From NCBI GenBank assembly GCA_030704615.1, contig CM060733.1, forward strand, positions 12,710,001 through 12,774,000: a stretch of DNA of 64,000 nt, written 5' to 3'. Made by a program: the position numbers and the translations under genes. The DNA comes from Takakia lepidozioides (taxonomy: Eukaryota; Plantae; Bryophyta). The notes below the pieces were generated by a model. It was given only the letters and a program-made list of their open reading frames with translations, had not been told where the DNA came from and made no database searches. Shown piece by piece: positions 23,201-35,440 of the stretch; position 1 is the stretch's first letter; the number at the start of each line of letters is the position of its first letter.

Positions 23201-23843
23201 TTACATTCCATTCTTGGGAGGAACAAGTCAGACCCAACCAAACTTATGGTTCGAGACTTAGCATGTTTTTGTCCGCATTGTTTGGATCTTGATTGGGACA
23301 ACTGCATCAGTATTGCTCATGCACAAAATGGAAGTTCCAAACCCTGCAACCTACAAATACAACTGCTGTCCGGAGGCAGATTGAAGAAGAAGGGGATGAA
23401 GAACAAGAGTTTGGGGGAGATGGGGAGGACTTGGCCTCCTGCTTGGATGCAGGGGACAATTTTGCCTGCAATGCTGAAGCTGGAAACTCAGAAGGGGTGG
23501 ACTTCTACTTGCTCTGTTGTGAAAGGCCGGTTCACGTTGTTGGACATTCACAGATGGGTGGGGAAGTACTTTTGACCCTGGCGAGCATGTGGTTGCAGGG
23601 AGATATTACCAGTTGTGTGGAAGAAGAGATAAGGCTTACAAGTTCCTATCTGACCAGCCTTTGGCATTTCTGTATTCGCATTTGGTGAGGGCTATCAAAT
23701 TTGCTATGCCTCCAGCGACATATCGAGTCAAAGGCAAGGATGCAGTCTTCACCTTGTCTGCGATGCATTGGAAGGCATCAATGAAGCTCTGGCAGCAATG
23801 GAAGATCGCTAAGATGGCATGTTGCAAGCCAATCCATGGTTGA
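20272..23843 (+). pseudogene. Sola-like (most similar to Sola2 type) DDE transposase, two exons, frameshifted
   Basis: HPNVKVGQRLFELLRP..RNVCCCKYH, SVVDFAENYTFTVQNEVQEMHW, SDGCAAQFK, FFGSGHGKGEHDGAGAVIKR, ACFCPHC; intron 21083-21927 (GTAAG...GCAG). Confidence 0.7.
21380..21865 (+). repeat. Intronic degenerate minisatellite built from GGACTA(G) and atgtgactag motifs (~55-60 bp unit)
   Basis: Repeated tagtacatgcattccttgatatgtgactagaaaggactaggactaggactg inside the transposase intron. Confidence 0.85.
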
Positions 23844-24854
23844 CGGGCAACTTCCCTTATCGGGATGGGGTCCAATTCTCCCTTGGGTTATGTAACTCAA
23901 ATATGTAGCAATGTGAATTACAAGTTGCTTGTGAGCTGAGAGATTGTTTTCGGAATTTGTATGTATGTAGCTTTGTTATTTGGCCGCAGATTATAATTCA
24001 TAATCTATAATCTATCTTGCAAGCTATGGCTGAAGAGGCTGTGGCTGTGGCCAAATTTGTTACTGTTCAATTGAATGTGCCTGGTGACTAGAATTCCCGC
24101 ACTAGTGCTGTGGTGTATCACTTCACAAGGCGGGGAATTTCAATTTAATGTGTCTGGTTTTCTTTCTGTGATTGGTTTCTTGTTATTTGGAGTGTGTCTG
24201 CCTTCCTCTCTGATCACACAATCTGTTGTCCTCCCCCCTCTCATAAATCACATTTATGTGCTCAATTGAGCGAAGGTAGATTGCTTAGAGCTGCCATTAC
24301 TGAGGTATATTCTGTTTAGTGAGTTGATTAGTGTCCTGACTTGGGGTACAGAACCAGCTTGTCTCCTGTAGAGAGGGGAATGATGGGAATGTTGTCTGTT
24401 GGCCAGGCTTCGGTCCGCCATACCAGGGATCTTCACCAAGGAGCTAGACTAATTACCATTGAGAGATGGAGACTTGTATTGTTGGTGTCCGATTGCAGTT
24501 TTGTAAATGAACTATCAGAGTCAAGCAAAGGAGGATAGAGGTACGCAACGGATGTAGCCATACCATCCACCAGTTAGTCAAATTTCAGGCGCAGACTCTG
24601 TTAAACCCACGCATGTTGGAGAATTGTAGCACAGGCAGGAAAAGCAACGGGCCTTTCAAAGCCATCTTTCTCACATAGAATGAATGACAGTAGACTGCCT
24701 GCACGAAGGTATTCTAGCAATTCCTATCAGAAACAGATAGCAAAATAGAGTGCATTGTTTTCAAAAACCACTGTCATGATATTGCTGCCTTACTCAAACA
24801 TGTACAGCATACCTATCAGCAGAAAATGAACAAAGAACAGTAATGTGCATGCCC

Positions 24855-27800
24855 TCAATCCATGTCATGTGTCCATTGTGAGCTACTCGAGAAACCACAA
24901 GGCAAATCCACATCACATGACTTGGCTGGGCACCTAATGGTAACAACTAACACATCCTCTGCCAGTTCTAAACTGCTCAACATTGACATATCGTGGCACC
25001 AACCTCTACCCCATCGATGAAAGACTAGCCTTTGCTTGGTGCCTGCCTCCCAAAGTGGCCATGTCATAAATGAACAAGTACTGATGAAGAGACGAGACCT
25101 GTCCCCACAATGACAGCAGCGAGTGGTAAAGTCCTCATAGGGGCGGTCTGCTAATCACATGCCCTGCATTGCCACCCACAATGCTCAAGATCTTATATAC
25201 TTCTATCTCATAATTCAGCACTAGACGTACCATGTATGTCCTATATATCATTAGAGGAGTTAAATTGCATCAGAAACTTGAGCATGAATTGGCAAAATAA
25301 CAACCAAGAGTTATTCTAAATTAGTGATAAAAGCATAAGTGTACAGTACTCAGCTTGTACCTAGTTGATATGTTTTCTTTTCTTCTTCTTAGGCCTGCAC
25401 CAGAAGAACCTGCATCCATCTTCAAGTTAGGTGGGGTCTTGACAGTATTAAGGGACTTGACAACAGGCCCCCGAGTGGTCAAGTTGGGAGGAGTCTTCAC
25501 GGTGTTCAGTGACTTCACAAAGGGCCCCGAGCGGCCTTCACAACACCGTCCCGGGATTGAGTTACTCTTATCATGGTGGCTCAGATCGTTGTCTTCATTC
25601 GTATCCAAGGGCTTGTGCACGACAACTCTCTTTGATGAGGGGGTACTTTCACCTGGGCACTTGTCCATATCCTTGTCAATTGATACCTTAGAATCCGCCC
25701 TAGTGGTGGGCTTCTTTGCATACTCTGCACTCAATGCCTTGCGAGATCTCTTTCGTTCTCGTTACGCTTCCCTGTTGCCTGAACATGTGGACTGACAAGG
25801 GCTACAGCTGGGGGGTTCAACACTGGTCCAAGAACAGGAGGGGTTGTTGCTAAGGCATGAGGTACATATACTACCATAGGTAATGGAGAACCACCATCCA
25901 ATTGAGCTGGAATTGCGGGAATGGATATTGGCGGAGCAACAAGGGAGGTAGCAACTGGTGGAGTGACATGAAATATAGGATCTGAAACTTGTGAGGGGCC
26001 TCCACCTATGGTACTGTGCAACACAACTGTATCAAAATCAGATTGGGAGTCGGCCCCAGCATCAGTTTCAAATCCCTGTGACCCCAATTCTGAGTCTGAT
26101 GAGAGGGTTGCCACATGTCCAGTATTTTGGGCACCATCTCTTTCAACCTTCACATCCACATAAGGAGGAACAACAGTGGATGGGATTGTCAGTCCACAAT
26201 ATCTTCATGTGTACTTTGTAGCGTATGTGTCGTGACAATCTCTGGAACAAATGCAGCCTGCAGTGGAGATCCAGGAATCTTTTTTGGTGGAGAACCAGGA
26301 ATGAGGAACTTCTTGACATAACCCTTTCCTGAAGCTGAAACCTCTTGCATGATGGTATCAGGTGTTCAACGGATCACCAACAATTGGTGCAACGATCCCC
26401 GGCCGCGACAGCCCCAAAGGTGACATTTGAAGAGTTGACGAGCTTGGAGTTCGAGGGAAGTTTTGGTTCACAGCACTACCACCATGTCCACTTTGGCCTC
26501 CACTGTAGTTGGTGGTGAATGCGCTATAGTTGGTGGTGGCCTGAGATGGAGGTCCTGGTCTTCGTTTGTTGGCATCAATGAAGCCATCATCTGCTATCAC
26601 ACCTACACCCATACAACTGGTTTGAGAAGGCTGAATTATCACTTGGTGCCTACTGTCTACCAATACAACATTAACTGTAATTTGAGTCCAGACAAGTCAT
26701 TGTAGTCCTTACCATTGGCCGAAGTCCCAACAGTTGGACTACAATAATTATGTGGGGAGTGCACAGTCCATCATAATGGACTTTTTGTCCCCCATATTAG
26801 ACTTCCAAGTTCTATGCAGCTGATGGTGGGACTACAAGCAAGATTCACACTCCCTAATTAGGACTCACATGGGCCATGACTCAGATTCCAAGTTGAGAAG
26901 CAAGCTCCTCAATAAGGACTCGCATTCCACATCCATTATTTTGCAGTTGGACTCACACTCCACATGATTAAGCACATGGACTGACCCTCCACAGGACTCT
27001 GATTCCAAACTGAAAATCAGTGGAAATCATTAAGGACTCATACTCCCAGTAATTAGTCAGACTCATAATTCTAGTTAAGAATGACACTCCTCAATAAGGA
27101 CTCCCCAGTAAGGATTCACTCCACTAAAAGGACAAATAATAACATTTGCAGTCCCACATTCAGACTCATAGTCAGTTGAAGGGGTTGAAGGTCCAATCTT
27201 GGGACTACAGTCCTGAGGATTGGACATGAAGAGGTACAGCCTTGGACCACACAAGTTTTCTGAAGAAGAAAACATGGAAATGTTGCAATCAATCTTACCT
27301 GGAACTTGGGTGTTTCTAACCCTGGCTTCGTGAAGTTGCTTTGACATCCACCTTTGGCGCAGCTCAACCACTCTCAGCTTTTCCGCAAGTGCCTGCATCT
27401 CTGGGTCAAGAATCCTAAACCCAAAACTAGAACACCAATCAGGATGCATGATCTCTGAACAGCTGAAGTCCCTACACCTGTTTGACGTCTTCATATGGGA
27501 TGCCATACAAGCAGGATGGTAAGTGTGCTTACAAGATGCCACCACCATGTCCCAACAGTGGAAACCTTTGTGGCAAATAGGGCAAGGAGAGACCTTCAGG
27601 AAATCCTTGATGGACGTACTATCTTTGATCACTTGAGGATGACATATAGGCATAGGATAGATGGCGAGTCCTTTGTCCCCATTTGTCAAGGCCTCAATCT
27701 GATCTTGGATAAGACTCCTCTCTGTGTCAGCAACATCGACCACATTCTCTGCCACTCTAATGTCCCTGTCTTCCTGGTCCCCTGCATCACACAAAGCATT

Positions 27801-28790
27801 GAACTCTTTTTCGGTCTTATCAGCATTGAGCCAAAATTCTGCTTCAATTGATTTCTTCTGGTCAAGTTCCCTTTGCATCTCAGACTGTCTTCCCTTTCCA
27901 CAATTCAGTAACCCAACACTCTCTTCCCCTTTTTGCATTAAGGTCTCTTCCCCGGCTCGGATTGTGGCACCCTCGTGGGAGAGTTTGGCCTCTAGGTCTG
28001 CAATCTTGTTCCGACACTCTGCAAGACACCATTGTCTGTCTTCCATTTGCACCCGAACTGTCCGCGTCTTCTCCATCAAGTCCAACTTCCCTTTTTAACC
28101 TCTCCAACTCTTCCCCACACATCTCTCATACTTCAAATCATGTAGTTCCTGAAGACTCGCTAGGGCAGTTGCCACATACTCTTGCTCATGTTTTTTCCTT
28201 TCCATCTCTGCAATCACTTGCTCAGGCGTTTGTTTCAGTCCTTCTTTGCCTCTACCTGGGGTTTTGCGTAGCTTGTCTTTCAATTCACAAACTCCTAGCT
28301 TTGGCTTACTGTCTGTGCTGCCAGGGTCCTTTGCTTCTCGATGTTCCTTCATTCTTTCTTGTTGCTTAGCTGTCCATGCCGCGTATGCTGCCCAATTGAG
28401 TTTTTGTCCAGTCCTTTTTTCATAGACAATGCCCCTTGCCATCAAGTTTGCAATGATACCACCGGTTGGCTTACAATCATACCATGAACCTTACTCCACA
28501 GGTCCTCGATTTTGGGAATCATACTCTTGTCAGTACAACCCATGTAAAATAGCCATTCTTGTTTGCAGGTTGTCCAAACAACTTGCACATTGTTCTTTGG
28601 TGATGTCTTTGTCTAAGAGAAGTTGTTTGGGATTCTTGCCTGTCGCATTCAGCTTGAGGACATCCCTGAAGTAATCTGCTGATTTGTGCCCCCCTCTTTC
28701 GCCCATAGTATCTTCAGATGCTGCATTGGAACTCTTCCCATTCGTAGGTGAATTCTGTAACTTACTCCCCGACTGCACCATTGTTTTGAA
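24855..28790 (-). pseudogene. Multi-exon coiled-coil plus RING-H2 protein gene convergent with the Sola-like transposase
   Basis: CPICHKGFHCWDMVVASCKHTYHPACMASHMKTSNRCRDFSC (C3H2C3-like, 27459-27584) after a coiled-coil stretch; splice donor CCAG/GTAAG at about 27299; low-complexity downstream exons. 3' boundary uncertain. Confidence 0.65.
26735..27270. repeat. Degenerate GGACT(C/A) motif cluster in the RING-gene intron
   Basis: Repeated ggactc/ggacta/gactca motifs every ~20-60 bp. Confidence 0.55.
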
Positions 28791-30175
28791 CCGCTTCTTG
28801 AGTGCCCTACATACAGCCCCACATTCCCATTAAACTAGTTTTTTTACAACTCCAGGTTGGTTATGTACGGAGACAGCAACATGAGGGGGCAAGGATGGAG
28901 CTACAAACCAACACCCTACCGACATTTCTAGCTTCATGAGAACCAACAACCAAAACAACAACCAACAAACCCTAAACCCTACTGATATTTCCAGCTTCAT
29001 GACAACCATACTACCCTAATTCTGACATGAAATTACCTTTTCAATCAGAGGCCAAGTCTGGATCGTCTCTGGTTAATGCAAGTGCAACCTTCAAGAAGTG
29101 CAAGTGATCCACATAGATGACAAACCTGATTTCCACACGTTTTCAAATTCTATATATCCCCCACATGGTGAAGTTTCAGAGAATCAACATTCACATATTG
29201 ATGATATGCATTGCCATATTCCTCTTCGATCCCAACCAATGATTGACAGAAGGGACAAGTTCCTTCAATCTAGCGTCATGGTTCAGTTTAGGTAATTAGG
29301 TACGCAAGGATGAGCTGGGTTGTCACGTGCTACAACAACAGACTACTCTACCCCTCTACCCCACCCCACCTAGGCTATGAGGTACGCAATAAAAGTGAAA
29401 ATATGAGTAGGGAACACCAGATTGCACAAAAGCTAAGGGGGTGCCACACCTGTAATGCTTTTGCAAGATGTGGTGGGAGGTAGCGTGAGGGAGAGCCGCA
29501 GGCCACCTGCCATCCCGCAAATCAGCTGCACAAACAGCTGAAACTCGTTGAATAGTAGCCCCACAAATGCGACAACATATGCAGGCAAGCAGATGGAATC
29601 AGAGGATAGTAAAATGTAAATTCTTCAAGGACTAACATGGCAGTAAGAGAAACCAAACATTTTCAACACAGACACTCAAAATTCCTTGGCAATCAACAAT
29701 CACATTGTTGGGCCCTTCTTCTGCACACTAGAAAATAGGTTTTTGTCCAAGTCTCCAAAAATGGGACCCTCACTATAACACAAAAAGGGTAGCTCGTTGG
29801 AGAGTAGTTTGAAGTCATAACAACAAAGATAAGTGACACAAACTCAAGGGTGTGTTCACCTGTTTGAATAGACTGGACTTGGTACCCACTACCAGTGTGA
29901 CAAACTTTACATTCAGCTACCTATGCTACATCTGCTACTCTTCCCCTGCCTCGCTGATATCGTCCCTTTTATAACAACGACCACATTTGGTACAAGCCAT
30001 ATACAAATGCAACTTGACAAAAAAGGGCATGCAGTCTCACTTGAAACCAGCCAGCGACAACAGTTCACAAGTCTGCATGGTAGGCCAGATTAGGCCAGAT
30101 CCCCTCATCCCTCCCCACGATCATTAAATGCCACAATTGTGTGCTCCCTTCCAGCACATATCTTGCTGTGGAGTT

Positions 30176-31061
30176 TGTCGCGCGGCTTTTACTCACCCAT
30201 CCCTTCGCTATTCGAGGCGGAAACTCCAAGATTGAAGAGTTGGAAATCTCTAAGTACTCAGCCCGCGCAGAACAATCAGTCATGACCTACAGCTAGTGTA
30301 TCATGGGGGTGTTTCCTATTTGTTTCCCTTTTGGTATTCATGTTAACTATCTTACCATTGATAATTAAGTATCAGTTTGCTTTATCAATCTATTGGATTC
30401 CATCAACTCATCCATTCATTCCACAGCTTCACTCAGATCTCTCTACACAGTGTGATTGTATCGTAAAAGTATCCGATTATGATTTATCAGGTATCAGGCC
30501 GAAGCCATTGTGTCTCTAATCTGCTCTAGGATATCAAGCATCTACTCATCATCTCTCTATCTTCACTTCCGTTCTTCATCTCTGCCCGATCCCCTCTCCT
30601 CTAAGAAGTCCTCCCCGAATGATCCCCTCCCTCAATTCCCCGTTTCTCCCTTTATCTTCCTATCCGCGGTTCTAACCGTTTCCCTCACTAACCGTCGTCT
30701 GTGAACTAACATGTTCCCTTCGCAGGTGTTGTTCCCCACAGTCGTTCCCTGTCCTACTCTTCGTTCCCTATGATCGTGACAGTGTCAAGCTGTGACTGGC
30801 TGTGTGAAACTGTGACGGCTGTGACTGGCTGTGCGACTGTGGCTGTGTCGGGCTGTGTGGCTGTGTACGACTGTGACGGGCTGTGTTGGCTGTGTGGGCT
30901 GTGACGACTGTGACTGTGTCGGCTGTGTTGACGACTGTGTAACCCCCTCTACAGTGCGCTGCTGTCACCCCTAAGGCTCCTGTTGGTCTCAGTCTGTGCA
31001 AAAATTAAGGGTACCCTACAGATCCCGTATAAGTGTCTAAGTCCCCGACAGTCCTCTAACA
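30176..31061 (-). repeat. 3' LTR of Gypsy copy 2 (886 bp)
   Basis: Homologous to 42229-43217; preceded on minus strand by PPT. Confidence 0.95.
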
Positions 31062-31064
31062 TTA

Positions 31065-31077
31065 CCCCTTCCCCCTC
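31065..31077 (-). promoter_or_regulatory. Polypurine tract of Gypsy copy 2
   Basis: Minus strand gagggggaagggg 3 nt before LTR. Confidence 0.9.
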
Positions 31078-34000
31078 AAAAAGCCGTGTCCTCACGGTTT
31101 ACTGATTTCGACTAGCAAACCTTTGTGAGTGAGCACCTTCTTGACGTTGAGAGTTTCGTGGCGGACTGTGTGTACGAGCCCGAGGTCTGTCTCTGGTTGA
31201 CGGAGATGGTTGATCACTACCTGGATAAGTGAGGCCCTCTGGAGGCTGATATCGAGGTAACTTTCCGGCATAGGAGATCCCCCGTCTTTTTCTTCTCTGC
31301 CATCTGAATTGCATAGTCTTCTCCCATGTCAAAAGAATTCGGTGAAGAAACAGTTGTATCAGAATCCTCATCGCCTCTCAGGTGTTTTAATTTTCGAACT
31401 TTTTGTGGAATCATCTGGGGCATACAATGCTGTCCTACCATGTCTGGAAGTTTGTATTTTACAACTGGTGTAACCGCTGAACAGCAAAATTGGTGTAGAC
31501 ACTGAGCTCCTTGTCTGTCCAGGTGAGTGGGGTACCAATTACTGGTGCAGCGTGCAAGTATTCCATGCCACATGTCCCTTATAGAAATGTCATCAATGCC
31601 GAATTTCTGTGTTGACAAATGGTTGCAGGCCGCTTGAAACCATGAACGAATTTGAGAATCCTTTTGCATCATAACTTTTGGGTCATATAGGTACATATGA
31701 GGTGGCACCGAAGGTAATACCCAATGATCTCCACTGGAATAACTTTGAAAGCGTGTTTGCATCTTTTGTTGCTCAATGTGTAACGTACCAAAAACAAGCA
31801 GCGTAGTATAACCCGCACCCCATGACAATACTTGCTATCTCCTTGGTCTTGGTATAAATGAGTCCATGTACAACTGGAAAGCAATCAATTCCCTCAACAT
31901 GGTACCTGCCTGCGTGCCAGTATTGTGCAAAGTGCTGATGATCTTCAATATGTCGATTGTTGGAAGAACTTAGTCCTTGTTGCCACTGGCAGCCAAATAC
32001 GCATGATTGGTAGTAATGTGCGAATGACTGCGGAGGACTAAATTCTTTCCAAGCCAAATCCAACATGATGGGAATTTGGTTGAAGGCATAATCATAGCCC
32101 TACTGTACTCCCTTGCAGCTGGAGTTTTAGGTGGGTTAAAAGCGGCATTGCCCCATACCTCCTGCTGTGGTGGCTGTGGTGTGGTTGTAGTAACCACAGG
32201 TTCAGCTACTGGTACAGTGACTTGTTGGGTGGTGGTGGTACTGGCTCTTGTATCATTGGCATCTCCTGCACCTCCTGTGAAGACTGAAAAGCCAAGTTCT
32301 GGCTTGTAAATAAGAAGCCATTAGCTGTTCCTGAGGGATATAGACTCTTTGGTCGATATTTGAAGTGAGTTCTTCGACTTGAGAGTCTGGAGTCCGTCTA
32401 CATCCTCTTGTAACTCTGCTATCCTACTATAGACATTGTCTATAGTAGTTGTGGCAATGTTCTGCACCTGCAGCCTGAGCTCATTCATCTCGCTTTGGGT
32501 GAGCTTCCGTGGTGCTTTGCCCTCTACTGGCCCTTGTGCTAACCAGACCTGCATAAGGCTGTTATCCACCAAGTTGCTTGTGGTTCCCCTGAGAGTTTGC
32601 TCCTCTCAGCTTGTACAATTCCAACTGCTGTTGTAAAGCCTCCATGCGCTTCGCCTGAGGTTCAACCAATTGCGCATAAGCAGCAAGTAGATATTGGCTT
32701 CCTTCCAAGCCTTGTTAGTGACCGCGATTTCATTTCTATTGGCCATGATGGTTTGTTGCAACTCCACGATGTGCTTCTCTTGATCAGCTTCAATCTGCCT
32801 GTATTGCTTTGAAAGTATCTTCATTGCGACAGATTGTATTCTTCATATCGACAATGAGCTTCATTTGCTCAACATTCTCTTCTTCTGCCTTCGTACATTT
32901 TCCGCTTGACTGTTTATTTCTTTTGATTGGTCAAGCATAGTTGTAAATGTAGCATTGTATCGCCATCCTGTTATGCACTGTCTGCAACTCCGTATGTAGT
33001 GCATTCAGTTCTTGCAACTTGCTTTCATGCTGCACCTGCATTTGGTATAGCTGTGCTTATGTGCTTCGTGCAACTGGTCTTGCGCGAGGCCTGCCTCAAT
33101 CAATTGTTGCTTGGCCAATTGCAAAGCCATTCTGTATTCCCAAGTCCTGCTTCATCTTGAGAGTGACCTCTTCATCGACCTTGTTTGCACACTCAGTGGC
33201 AAGTCGAGCCTCAAACTCCTTCCTGAGTTCCTCTTTCAAGGCTGTCAATTGGGTAATTGGAACATGGGATTTGACATAAGTCCCCAACAAATTAAGTGTC
33301 CTGCCTATGGAACTCATCAGCCTTGCCTGTTGAGGGTCATCATGGTGAGGTTGCTGCTGTTCCTCCTGATCTTCAACAGTGTGATGTCTCACTAACCATT
33401 CAGGCCATTGTCCCACCGGATTTTCTTCCTGAACTACTTCATCTATCACCGGTGCTACAGTGTCATGACCTTCCGCCTGTGGTACCTCCGACACAGGTGT
33501 GTGTATTATATGCACCTCAGGATTTCCCTTGGGCAACTGTTGCACCTCTGGGATTTTCTGTCTCTTGACCAGACCAGAATATTCATAGAGAAGGTCCCCC
33601 TTCTCTATTTCTGCCACTATCTGTTCTGTAGTTGGAATATCTAACCTTCACTTTCCAAATCAATTTTTCTGGTTGAGCTGCATGGATAACTTGTGACCTT
33701 GTGACAAGTCGTTCAGGTGGCTGTGATGGTTGTGATGCAGAAGTAACTTAACTTCCTCCTCTCCGAAGGTCCTGCTTCCAGTAATAGCATTTCTCTGTGC
33801 TGCTGTGCCCCTTCCTGCCATGAGCTTGGAAACATTATCATGCGGAATCCGTGAAGCCAGTGGATCCGCCACTACAGTCTTTCCCCGTCTCTGCCTCTTA
33901 GTCTCGGGTTTGCCCTGCTAGTCCACCCTCACTATGTGAAGAGCCTTGCTCTTCCATTGCAGTTGTTTCTGGCTCAAACACTCCCATTTCCTTTCTTTCT

Positions 34001-34834
34001 TGCGCATTAAGTATGCCAGAATCAAGGATTATTTGAGCAATGATTGGGCCAGACACTATATAGGAGACTTTGCGGTAGTACCTTGTAATTTCATCTCCTC
34101 TACCAGTGCGTTGTACATTATGTCCGCCCATGTACCTCGTCCCTTCAGGCCTTTGAGTATTTCCTCCGTGAAGGATCTGCTCAAATACTGTTGGTTCTGT
34201 TTCATGGCAATCAGAACGTTCAATACCTGGCCTACCTCTTTTAACCCTGGGTACACAGCCTTGGTACAAGCATAACCCTGAGTTTTAAAGAAACTCCCTT
34301 CTTGGAATAAGTCCCTATTTGCAGTCTTGCCCTGTGTTGCTCCACATGCACCTGACCTGCTGGCAATCGAAACAATTGCTGGAGGTATAGGGGAGTAATC
34401 ATTAATTCAACTCCCTTCACCGTTGTTGTTCCTGTCCTTGGCTCAAAGTTCTGCAAAAATTGTAACATGTACTGTCTATGGTGTAGTGTCCAATCTAGGC
34501 TTTGCAATCCTTGCAATCTCAGCTCCTCCAGTATTGTATCGCCTGTGGGGTAGCAATTGTTTGTTTCTGCAGAATGTGGTGCTCTTCACCCTGATTTCCT
34601 CCATTCCTCTCACTCTCTTCATTTAGACTCACAGAACTGTTTGGCTGTAACAACTGCAGGAATGCCTGTAGTGCACAAAGCATAAACGTATGGTTGCCGC
34701 AGAAAGCTATGGGTAATTTCTTGTAAGCCTGCGGGGCTTGCAAGCATCGCTCAAGAGAAAAGCTCGCTCTGTCCTTTCGTGTCTATGCCACTGCGTAAGT
34801 AATATTGCGAGGTATAGTCTGTTAGTTCCTCCAT
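31076..34834 (-). pseudogene. Extra 3' ORF of Gypsy copy 2 (frameshifted)
   Basis: Same peptides as 14731-18520 (e.g. SIGRTLNLLGTYVKSHVPITQL, NIATTTIDNVYSRIAEL). Confidence 0.75.
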
Positions 34835-35440
34835 AGTTCCAAGTTATAGCATTGATGGTCCTGTCCTGTCGAGACGCCCGTTACTCAGAACGACGCCGCC
34901 TCTTGCGCTCAATTTCCCTCCATTTTCTTGATCCTTTCTCTGGTTTTCTATTGGCTGTATCCGCTGTGACTGGATTTTAGATTTTATCTCTTTAGTGGAC
35001 TTTCCCTTGGATAGTCCACTAGGATCACACATGTGACAAGAATTCGGCTTTTCTGTACTTGCCGTTCGTTCCGTTTCCCTTTTCCGTACTCATTAATGGG
35101 CCGCCTTTCATCCCTTTTGACGGCCGTTCTTGTCCTCTTTCTTTTTGACACCTGTCCTTGCACTTCATTCTCGGCTGTGTGTCGCGCCCTGACCTCCACG
35201 TGTCTATTTTTAAAGTAATTTCCGTTTCTCTTCCTTCAGCCATTTTCCTGAAGTTATGTGTCCACTTGTCACTGATTCTATGGATCGTGTAACTTTAGTA
35301 GGCTGTGTTGAGCTGTGACAGGCTGTGTCATACTGTGTTACGCTGTGATAGGCTGTGATGCACTGTGGTAAGCTGTGTGATAGGCTGTGACACGCTGTGA
35401 TAGCTGTGATAGGCTGTGTTGCGTGATGTGATAGGCTGTG

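Noticed and set aside
25410-25530. 57-bp coding duplication (GP.VKSLNTVKTPPNL x2)
   Set aside because: Ordinary local duplication in a low-complexity exon.
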